A DNA stretch of 64,000 nt from the NCBI GenBank assembly GCA_904063045.1, contig CAJFCJ010000009.1:166942-230941 (forward strand), written 5' to 3'. Both the position numbers and the translations under genes were made by a program. The DNA comes from Dimorphilus gyrociliatus (Eukaryota; Animalia; Annelida). Below the pieces are notes generated by a model, which saw only the letters and a program-made list of their open reading frames with translations, made no database searches and had not been told where the DNA came from. Of this stretch, positions 53,108 to 64,000 are shown piece after piece. Position 1 is the first letter of the stretch. Every line of letters starts with the position of its first letter.

Positions 53108-54061
53108 TCACGGGCTAAGGCGAAATATAAGCCAATCGTTGGTTCTTGCCTGACAAAAGACGCCATCTATGGTGGCATCATTTTCCTTGGTAAACAGTAA
53201 CCTATCGGGTAAATCGGATGATACTTGATAAAATTCCCATTTTTCCGGTCGAACGTTAAAAGCAACCCTGGAAGAGTAAAACGGAATAGGTCAAGGAATC
53301 ATCTTTCTGTGTTTATCTTATCTATTTTTTTTATACTCGTTTAAATTACATACCAGTCAGGATTTTTCGGTATTGGGGTAGAATCTCCAAATTCATTTTC
53401 TAACCTTCTCCTCCTATCAATGAAATCTTGCCGACTCGACAAGTACTTATCTTGATCACTCGCATAGTGAATTAATTGAGCTGCTCTAGGTAAAGATTTC
53501 CATATTTCAACGGCTTGTTCTTCAGTGAGCAGGTCTACTGGACCGTCTATTCTTACCATCCTGTTCATAGGTTCCCAATAAAACATTAAAGAAGCATGGG
53601 GTACTTCCATCATATCAAGGGCTTTCCTACTGTATTTATTTGTCGCAATTTTAAAGCCTTCAGAGTCAAAGCCTTTTACACCTACAATTCTAGAAGACGG
53701 AATACCTTTTCTGCGAAAAGAGAAGGAAGTTGTAGACCTTTCCCTGCTTTATGTACACACAATCTAATTATACATACTTACTACAAGTACCCAACGTCAT
53801 AGACGTGGCCAAGTGTACTCCCTCACTGTATTGGGCCTCTTCGAACCACTTGCGAAATAAGAGAAGCGGATCCTTAGTCGTTAGACTATTCGGGTCAAGA
53901 TATTCTTCGTTGTCTGAGGAAATAGAATTTGAAAGTCGTCTATCCTGGATTGCAGTGTCCTTGTTACTCAACCGGAGAGACGATCTAACAGGTTGAACTT
54001 TTGCTGAAGACGGTCTCTTTTGGTGATTACTACCATTGACATTAGACGCCGTGCACCCCAT
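53108..54061 (-). CDS. PNPO: Pyridox(am)ine 5'-phosphate oxidase-like FMN-binding protein, divergent; 3 exons (54061-53778, 53710-53354, 53267-53108), about 266 aa
   Basis: DPLLLFRKWFEEA; PSSRIVGVKGF; TNKYSRK; ASLMFYWEPMNRMVRIDGPV; PIPKNPDW; WLIFRLSP*. Several active-site positions differ (see findings). Confidence 0.85.
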
Positions 54062-54340
54062 ATTATATTGCCAATGACTGTGCAGCAAATGCTAGAGCGG
54101 TTTGATCTTGGTCGTACCTAATTCGTTAGCACGACTCGATGAGTATCTAATTAGACTAGGGAATATAATTTCAGCTTATAAAAGTAGATGGCGTAGTGTG
54201 AATAAGTAATTTCGGTGTTTTGAATAAACATTACGACCTCTAAGCAATTAAATAGACGCCGATTAAAAGTCCGAACACGTCTCAACGCCGACACGCAATT
54301 AACGAACTAAACATGTGTGAACTTTATATAAATTATATAA

Positions 54341-54405
54341 ATATATATATATATATATATATACAGTATATATATACAGTATATGTATATATATATATAT
54401 ATATA
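54341..54405. repeat. Interrupted (AT)n tract with two TACAGTA units
   Basis: Seen directly. Confidence 0.85.
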
Positions 54406-54639
54406 AACACTGAATGTACAATTTTTCACGATAAATGGTACGCCTTCTGCACTGCATTTGTGTACACGATTCGTCAATGTGGTACAGGTGTTACTCTCAA
54501 TATCTACGACATAAATCTGTATACAATCAAATAGTAATAATGTTACGAACTTTTGCTCGTTATTTTTTTTTTTCATGCTTATAATCATTTATCTTCACTC
54601 TCTTCCTGCTTCATTTATCTTCATTTTCATATCAAATCT

Positions 54640-55689
54640 TTACAACAGACTGACTGCAGTTGCACTATTGGTCGTTTGACGAGCTTGAGAACGGCATTCA
54701 ATCTGCAGAGGCTGGTGCGTTCGATAGGGTTTAGATGCAAAACAACAGAGTAAATATCTGTTGTAATAGGAACGGAATTGTTTCGATAATAGGTACAGGG
54801 AAATTGGATTAACGCAGGAGTTAATGAATGCTAAACAGAAGCTAAATATCTTAAAGAAGAGCCAAAAAGTTGACCAGCGGTCTTCTGTGAAATGAAACCA
54901 AAATACATAGATATGTCTTGGCAACCAGCAAACGACGAAAACTAAGACAAATGCTAAAACTAACTTGGCTACTTTCTTTCTAGATTCTAGCTGCTTATTT
55001 GAATTTGAACCGTATGAAGAACATTGACCCTCCCGGAGCTCTCTTGCACTTTTAATTAGCATTCTCGCCATTAAGAGATAAAAAGCAAAGATAACTAGAA
55101 GAGGTACACTAAAATAGATAGTAAAATCGGTTATGACTCTAACTTTGCTATACCAAGAGGGCTGAGAATTTGGGTATCTAGTGCAAAAAGATATGGTTGA
55201 TACATTTGTAATTTCCACATCTGATAAGATTCCATCAGGTAGAGCTAACAGACTTGCCAATAACCAAATTAAGGAGGCAATTATTAAAGCAAATTTAACC
55301 GGTGATACCTTTTTGACATGCTTCATTGGGTTGACGATAGCATTGTAACGGTCAGCACTTAGCGCTGTCAATGTGAACACGGAGACTCCTACAGAGAGAG
55401 TTTGCAGATATTCGCTAAGTTGGCAGACAACTGTTCCATAGGGCCAACTGTCGAAAGTGAAGATTGTAGCTGTAAATGGGACGGCAATAATTATGAGAAG
55501 CAGGTCTCCACAGGCCAACGAAACTATGTGAATATTTGGAGCGTTGTGTAAAATCTTATTGCGAATAATTATGAGTACAAGACTTCCATTTCCTATAACT
55601 CCAACAATGAAGATGAGGAAGAAAATAACAGGAACGAAGTATCCAACAATAATTAAAGCTAACGGTTTTCCATGCGTCGTATTGTTCAT
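54640..55689 (-). CDS. Intronless bombesin/CCHamide/endothelin-type neuropeptide GPCR, 349 aa
   Basis: GVIGNGSL; PNIHIVSLACGDLL; SVGVSVFTLTALSADRYNAIVNPM; FVVCWLPRHI; LAFINSCVNPISLY. First ATG at 55689 (MNNTT); the ORF-track start at 55752 is a GTG. Confidence 0.9.
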   Translation of the reverse strand: MNNTTHGKPLALIIVGYFVPVIFFLIFIVGVIGNGSLVLIIIRNKILHNAPNIHIVSLACGDLLLIIIAVPFTATIFTFDSWPYGTVVCQLSEYLQTLSVGVSVFTLTALSADRYNAIVNPMKHVKKVSPVKFALIIASLIWLLASLLALPDGILSDVEITNVSTISFCTRYPNSQPSWYSKVRVITDFTIYFSVPLLVIFAFYLLMARMLIKSARELREGQCSSYGSNSNKQLESRKKVAKLVLAFVLVFVVCWLPRHIYVFWFHFTEDRWSTFWLFFKIFSFCLAFINSCVNPISLYLLSKQFRSYYNRYLLCCFASKPYRTHQPLQIECRSQARQTTNSATAVSLL

Positions 55690-55734
55690 TGCCGAACTCG
55701 TGCCCCAGGCTAGTTTGCACAAAGAAAATTCGTC

Positions 55735-55746
55735 AGCGCATGCGCT
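55735..55746. promoter_or_regulatory. NRF1/EWG-type palindrome AGCGCATGCGCT
   Basis: Perfect 12-bp palindrome containing GCGCATGCGC, 46 bp upstream of the receptor ATG. Confidence 0.5.
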
Positions 55747-58700
55747 ACGCACATATGCAAATTATATGTGGCGCCTTTTTGTCGGAGCCCGCTTTTTATT
55801 TTTCATTCAACATCCTAAACACTTTGTTGAAAAAATTAATTAATAGCATTGCCCTACTTTTCCACTATTTGATTTTCTAATCGGACAGTCCTTCACTTTT
55901 TTATTAGAAATAAATGAAAAATATTAATAACGGAGAAGTAAACTACAGTTCCCTTTTCGGGGGGGAAAAATATCTAAAGTGCGGAAGAAAAAGAAGAAGC
56001 AAAAGTGTCTTTCTTTGATGGACGTCATTTTCTTGAAAAAAAACGTCAGCTAGACGTTTCCCGAGTACCATCACCGTACACTCTATCGTTCTAATTGATT
56101 TATTCTAGTAATTCGAAACTGCCATGTGTTTACAATGCAGAAGTTTATTGCTATAACGTTACTGTGAAGCTAATTGAAATCTACTCAATCTCCCACCAAA
56201 CTTCTTTCTCATAAACGCTTGTCATATTACTCATAATCGAAGAAAATCGTTAAAATCATAAATAAAAAAAATCAGAATTCGATTGAAAATAATCAGTGAT
56301 GGAAGGAAAATAGGAAGAAAGTAAAAAAATGTGTGAATTTGTTTAATTAAAAGTTATAAAAACATAAAGCTGTGGAAAGCAGATGTACTGGAATATCAGT
56401 AAACAGCTGGAATTGTTAAAACCGTGATACATCACTCTTAAGCTGTCAGAGAACGAGGTAAAACTGACGAAAGAGTATTAGCAATCGGAGAAGAGACGAT
56501 TTTATCGGCAAACATATTCGATTCGGCTAAAAAGAGGGGTGCAAATGGCAATTGTGCATCAATGCAATCCTATTCCCTCAACGAATGTTGAGCAACGTAT
56601 ATACACAAATATCATGCAGCATATAAATACACCTACTTTTCCGCTCTTCAATAAGCTACATTTCCCCTATAAAAGTGCGCATCCTCCTGCTATATATTAT
56701 TTTATATATATATATATTTTGAGACTAAACCGCAAAGAGCAGTGTCATTTATATAGTTATGTATTCTATTTGTTTATTAGATTACATATCCAATTATGCG
56801 TGTTTGTACAGTCAAATAACAATCAACAAAACAATATTATTATACTCCAAACACGTGACAAATAGTAAAACCAGACTCCTACGTATCGGTAACAATCAAA
56901 TAGATTTTTTTCAGACGCCGCCCAGAATAATTCGATAAAGAGTAAACTTTACTAAAGTAATCAGCTGAATCCGGTCCCCTCGCTCAGTTCTTAGGCCTAC
57001 TTGTTTAACTGATCCTAAAGGCGATTTTTATTAATGGGTCGGATAGTAAAAGTAAATGTGCATTCATAAACTTTTCAAATACTACATTTGCAAAGGTGAA
57101 TAGCATTTGCAGCCTCTCTCTCTCTATCTATCAGTGTTATTTACTATAATATATCTACATACATCTCTTTTCGCGTGTTGCATCACTGGAGCTGCCCAAA
57201 AAATCTTGGAATTTAGATGCTAATCTACATCGATATATTTCGGCCTTAGGCCAAAGAATCTCATAAATTGAAAGAGAAGTTTAATGACGATTGAAGGCAG
57301 AGTGAAATACAGAAACACATGAATAATAGAGTCAAGGAGAATGATAGTTTAAAGAAACTTCGATAATTATCTCTCTTTTTTCTCTCACTCCCTTCCCCCC
57401 TATGACTTGACACTAGCAACCTTTTCGGTATTATGCAATATCTCTTTTCTTTTCTTCCCGATTTGCTCTCCCTCTTCCCCATCCTTTACGCCAAACTCAC
57501 TTAATCATATTTTTTCCTATTACATTAACAGCGTATAACAAGAACATTTCCTCTCAATTTTCTCACATTAAACCTAAACTAAAGAGCAAACTTTAACTAA
57601 AAATTTCTACCTATTAGTAAATAACCGTGTAAAATTTTTCCGCCATGATTTCCCTACAAGTGGTAGCAAGTGGAAAAGTTGAAATTGAAATTCCATAGGA
57701 AAAAAGTTCATTCAACCAGAACAATTTTGTCGCTAATAGATGAGAAAGAGGAAAAAGGGAAACCGTTCGTTTCTTCTGTCCAAACACAGTATAAAAATTT
57801 TGGAATATTTTTTAATAAAAAAGAAAAATAAGAAATAATTCAAATGAATAACTAAGTAACATTATACTTTTTGGGTTAATTGTCTTATTAATTTAGTTAG
57901 AAATTAATTACGAAAGTTAATTTGAATAGGATAAATGACTTAAAAGTTTGGTTTTTTGTATTATAAACTATCTCAATTAAAAAAGAAATCAGTTATAGAT
58001 AATTGATATTGTTAACATATACATACACAAGCGCGCATACACATTACACACTCTCTTCCTTTCCTTCTTATCATGAATAAAAAGGCATATCTCTGCTATG
58101 CTAATTAAATAATCCCTAAATAAACAAGAGGGTTATATTTCTCATTGGATTTTTTTTAACAGTAATCGTTCTTGTGGAATCTTTTTGAAGATGTATAGAA
58201 TATCTAGAATATATAGTTTACAGATATATTTTATGTAAGAGTGCCCATTAACTCTTTATAGGTCTATCAATCAAGCTACGTTTGTAAATATGCTGTTTAA
58301 CTTATCAAGTCGAGTCTGTTTTATCCATTTGAAAACAGGAGACGATTATCCTCTTGGGGTAATGGAGTAAGAATCGGTAAAGTATGCTATTTTCTTGTTT
58401 ATGTTCTTTAGAAAAGAACTCTAATATACAGCAGGAAATTTTTTTCAAAGCCTCTAAGCAAGTTACATCTTATTTTAGTCTCCTGTCGTAGAAGAGAACA
58501 AATGGGGGTCGACATGGACATAATTAAGTATGAATATAGGAAAGGGTAAATAGCATATGGCGTGATCACCCGGCATGAAAGGTTGATAAAAATTTGACAG
58601 TATATCTTATTAGCATTGATTTACAGTCCTCTTTCATTGTTCATTTTGTACTAAGTAAATATTACTCATTTATCCGATAGGTGGCTAAAATAATGTATTT

Positions 58701-59571
58701 TTATCTTCAAAGCTTCTGAAATGAAAGAATTTTCTATCTAGTATAATAAGGGATTTTTTTTTCTCTTAGCTTACAAACTGATACTAGAGAAATTCCTTCA
58801 ATCTACAAGAATACAGAATTCCTCTACTATACATAAAAAAAAACCTTTGCAGGTGGTATTAATTCAGTTCAAAAGGGAAAATATGGCTGATAACCTAGGC
58901 CTATTAAAAATTGAGTCGTACTCTTAACCTCTTAACAACCGACGTTAGTTACGATAGAAATAAATCAACAAAAAAGAGCTAAACATCAAAATATCACAAA
59001 ATATAGAATTAAAATAAATAGACGCATCACTTTAAAAGGTTAATGAAGCGTCTAATACGTAAATTGCAAATGACTGTTTCGTTTCAGACATAAGAGCAAA
59101 GTATTGAAAACATAGCTGATTTGAGTTAAATTCAATTAACAAGTACTCAGTTTATCTTAGTAGTACCAAAGATATTGATAATAATAATAAAGAACTCAAC
59201 GACAAGTCGTCGAGAAAGAACACATTTTGTTCAGAAAATTTCTAAGCGGTAAGTATTTAAACAAGTCAGTACACGAAGTTCCTTATCATAAATAAATTAA
59301 ATAATAATCGTCTCCAATACCGAATTCCGGCACATATTGAACCTGATAAGATTTAAAGACGGAACGAGTTTCCCGTCTGGTCGCTTAGTCTCCGTATCCT
59401 TAGTTTCCGACAACAAACATTACCTACTATAAAAAGCCTCTGTTTGTTAGCATTCTTTACCATTAGTTGGTATCTCTTCTTGCAGACTCACGGTCAGCTT
59501 CGAGAGCCACTTCGTTCCTTTACAACGTACTTCTTCAAGTTTATTTACTTTGAAACCTAAATTACTCAATC

Positions 59572-61016
<1,445 letters not shown>

Positions 61017-61695
61017 AGCAAAAACTGTCTTTAATAAAAAATATTGGCCTCAAAGCTAATAACTTGATGATAATAAAGTTTTGATTTAAGTCAAAAAAAG
61101 AAATTCCCGCTGTGCCAAATGTGTAGAATAGTGTGGAAATAAAAATATCTAAAAGAGGCCTAATAAATAAGTTATATATTAGTAGTATATGAATAACTTC
61201 AACATTTTTTAAGTTGTATATTCAATAGCTTCTAACAATCCTATTTTTAATGTTGATTTAGTCATAGCTTAACATTAAAATGTCAAACAATATAACAAAA
61301 GGGGAGAAATAAGGCAAGGGGGAGGGACCCTCTTTTTTCAATATCTATATAAAGCAAAACAGATAACAGATGATAAAATTTTTCGTTGCTTTTTCCAAAA
61401 TTAGAACATTGGTAATAGCAAGGAAAAGGCTCAAAAACGACAAGTAATACTGATGACACAAATAGAAAATGTAAATACGGCTAGAGATTTGAAGCAAAAC
61501 GATTATTTGCAACATAAATAGTCTTTTGCAATGATACTATTTGCATGCTGTATTCATTCTTTTTTTTTCCGTTCGTTTATAGTTTATGGTCATTTGGAAT
61601 TGAGGTAAGTTTACATATCTTGTTTTTCAATAAGATATGTTTGTGTATTTTATAATATCACATCATGTTTTTTTTGGATAGTCGAGTTAAAGAAA

Positions 61696-64000
61696 TTACT
61701 CTTCTTCATTCCCTTCATTAATTTCGTTTTTAATAATAGTCTTTTCTTTATTTGCCCAGAATGCCTCGAGAATTCGAATTTCTTTCAAGGCTCTTCTGGC
61801 TGCTGCATTCTTTGCTATTCTATAGTTTCTTCCTATTCCTTTATAAAGACCTTTTCCGATAACTGTTACAGTTACGCGTATTTTACCATCGATCGTTCTT
61901 TCCGGACGTTCAAACTTCGCTGTTTCGGGTTCTTGTTCTAGCAGCTCGCGCACTGGCGATTTTGGTATACTCTCAGTGAAAGCGTCAATTTGTGTCTTCA
62001 TTAATTTGTAATAGACTTGCCATACAACATCCAAGGACATCTTAGAATCTAAGTAAATTGCTCCAGCAACGGATTCGAAAATATCACCCAGAGCTTTTGG
62101 AATTTCAATATCTTGAGCTTCGTGACCTTCATCAGTTTCTAGACCCAGATTATCATCCAAGAGAACTTGGTCCGAATGTGATCTATGCCACGCAACAAAC
62201 TTATTAATTACTTCGAAAAGTTGTGGAGAAATAGCTCGAAAAAATTTATGATAATTCCAAGCAACTGCAAGCCAAGCGAACATGTTATTATTAACTAGGG
62301 CAGAGCGGAGATCAGTAAGAACACCGGGCGAGTGCTTCCGTCTATCTTCGAATAAGTGTCTCGTAATAACATAATCAAGAACTGCATCCCCCAGAAACTC
62401 CAGTCTCTGGTAGCAATCAGTTACACTATTATAGTGATAACCTGCATGAGTAAATGCCTGGAGTAAATAAGCCCTGTCGTTGAACTGATAACCGATTATT
62501 CTTTCGAACTCTTCAAAACCATCCAGAAGATTGTCTAAAATATTAGTTGCCCTTGGAACATGAGCTAAAAGTGGACTTGGCGGCGAGAATTTAGAATTTT
62601 CCCTCTCTTCAATTACCTTCAAGCCTAACCAAGACATGAGACGAATAGCAGCTTTTTGACCGCAAGAATTCAAGTAACAACCTATCAGTGCCTCAACACA
62701 GTCCGCAATACTTTTATCGGGTAAACTATGTTGTGTCTGAAGATAATAAGTAATAACAGTCCTCTCACTATGACTATTTTCGGGCCCAAAGTGGACATCA
62801 AGCTCCTTGTAAGTGCCCATAACAAATCCAGGAGGAAGCCAATTTTCTCCTGGTTCAAATTTTGATGCTACCATACACTCTGGCAACTTGTGACGTTTTC
62901 CCAGTTTATATAAATTATAATTGGATACTTGTTTACTTCGTAAATAGCTTAATTTGCCTTCGTGTATACCTGGATGTCTGCAATATAAGAAGACAGTAAC
63001 AGCAAACTTTAGGAAGGAATCCCCTATTGTTTCCAGTCGTTCCAAATTAAAAAAATCGTTAGCATTTGACATAGTTAAAGCTTGTAAAAGGTCTGTCGGA
63101 GACGGGCCCAACCACGTGTCAACATCAATTCGGTCTTTGAAAGAAACAATCTCTTGAGTCTCGCTCGACATGGAGGAATTTAAGCTTTCTTGAACTTCTG
63201 GTGAAAAGTTTGACTCGTCATCAGAGTTGATTGGTGGTGCTAATGAATAGTCAAATTCTAGAGCAGGATACTGATATTCTTCTGGAACATTAGCTACACC
63301 AATAGCTGCCTTTTTAGATATTCGATTTCGAAGTTCACTTGCTAACAATAAAGAATTCATTCTATAAAATATGGCTGGCAGGCAAACCATTTTCCTCCAT
63401 AAAGAAGCTTGCAACACATGAACATGACAAAGTTCTGGAATGAGAATCTGCTTCTGTCGAAGGGATTCTCGTCTGGCTCTTCTTGTCTCTAGACTGCTAG
63501 TTGGTAACGCCCTACCCTTTTGATTGACATATCGAGGTGTTAGTAGATTGAGTCTTACTGATGTATGATCGACATCCAAGAGCGGCTGCTTAAGATCGCT
63601 TATTCCCAAATTGTATTTCACTTCATAATACTCTTTAAAACTATCAAAGGAATCTGAGGGGAATGGACTTTTAGGTGATAAATCTGTACGAATTTCTGCT
63701 ACATAAAAATGCTGTGGCTGGTCCTTATTCCTGTAAGAAGGCATGACAACTGCATCTTCGAATACTTCCTTCTCAAATATGAAGTCTTTCTTTTCTATAA
63801 TATCAGCATTTGAATCGTAAAAGTCTATTACTTTTTGCGCGTACTCCCATTCAATTTCAGATTCTTTTCCGATTAAAGGGATGATTAAAGCGCAACTTGG
63901 TGATTCTTTTGGTTCAAATAACATAGGATCTTTTCCCAATCTAAGTGTTTTTCGAAAAATTGCATAATGAAAGCTAGTAACAATCTTTAGTTGATCACTA
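61696..64000 (-). CDS. DICER1: Dicer-1, 3' part: PAZ, RNase IIIa, RNase IIIb and dsRBD (5' end outside window)
   Basis: PAZ-region QPLLDVDHTSVRLNLLTPR; ERLETIGDSFLK; QRLEFLGDAVLD; PKALGDIFESVAGAI; KGIGRNYRIAKNAAARRAL. Frame open to the window edge. Confidence 0.96.
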   Translation of the reverse strand, partial: SDQLKIVTSFHYAIFRKTLRLGKDPMLFEPKESPSCALIIPLIGKESEIEWEYAQKVIDFYDSNADIIEKKDFIFEKEVFEDAVVMPSYRNKDQPQHFYVAEIRTDLSPKSPFPSDSFDSFKEYYEVKYNLGISDLKQPLLDVDHTSVRLNLLTPRYVNQKGRALPTSSLETRRARRESLRQKQILIPELCHVHVLQASLWRKMVCLPAIFYRMNSLLLASELRNRISKKAAIGVANVPEEYQYPALEFDYSLAPPINSDDESNFSPEVQESLNSSMSSETQEIVSFKDRIDVDTWLGPSPTDLLQALTMSNANDFFNLERLETIGDSFLKFAVTVFLYCRHPGIHEGKLSYLRSKQVSNYNLYKLGKRHKLPECMVASKFEPGENWLPPGFVMGTYKELDVHFGPENSHSERTVITYYLQTQHSLPDKSIADCVEALIGCYLNSCGQKAAIRLMSWLGLKVIEERENSKFSPPSPLLAHVPRATNILDNLLDGFEEFERIIGYQFNDRAYLLQAFTHAGYHYNSVTDCYQRLEFLGDAVLDYVITRHLFEDRRKHSPGVLTDLRSALVNNNMFAWLAVAWNYHKFFRAISPQLFEVINKFVAWHRSHSDQVLLDDNLGLETDEGHEAQDIEIPKALGDIFESVAGAIYLDSKMSLDVVWQVYYKLMKTQIDAFTESIPKSPVRELLEQEPETAKFERPERTIDGKIRVTVTVIGKGLYKGIGRNYRIAKNAAARRALKEIRILEAFWANKEKTIIKNEINEGNEEE

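Noticed and set aside
56433-56590. Possible terminal exon (AVRERGKTDERVLAIGEE...SLNEC*)
   Set aside because: An acceptor and about 50 open codons are present, but I found no compatible upstream exon or start.

Overview
Gene-dense, AT-rich animal genomic DNA with mostly 55-70 nt GT-AG introns. There are no prokaryotic features, CRISPR arrays, tRNA/rRNA genes or intact transposons. The style suggests a compact-genome invertebrate, possibly a lophotrochozoan such as an annelid (inference only). Genes in order: DMXL/Rabconnectin-3 alpha (5'-truncated), a divergent STAT without the N-domain, PIGW, PPIL4, a secreted protein with 7 TSP1 repeats built from a 231-bp exon-intron tandem array, a pancreatic-lipase-family enzyme, an orphan coiled-coil ORF, a ~9 kb gene-free region, POU4, UAP1, SLC12A9, MRPL16, two orphan ORFs, a three-exon cysteine-rich secreted peptide precursor absent from the ORF track, an orphan class A GPCR, a divergent PNPO-like gene, a bombesin/CCHamide-type GPCR, alpha-tubulin and Dicer-1 (5'-truncated). 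Best leads: (1) the 118-aa 8-Cys prepropeptide, head-to-head with an orphan GPCR; (2) a TSP1 exon array whose four introns are identical while the exons differ; (3) a PNPO homologue that lacks the substrate-binding residues and has an N-terminal MGC acylation motif; (4) the N-domain-less STAT; (5) four frame-preserving candidate cassette exons in DMXL. All splice models were built by hand and checked for phase; none has transcript support here.
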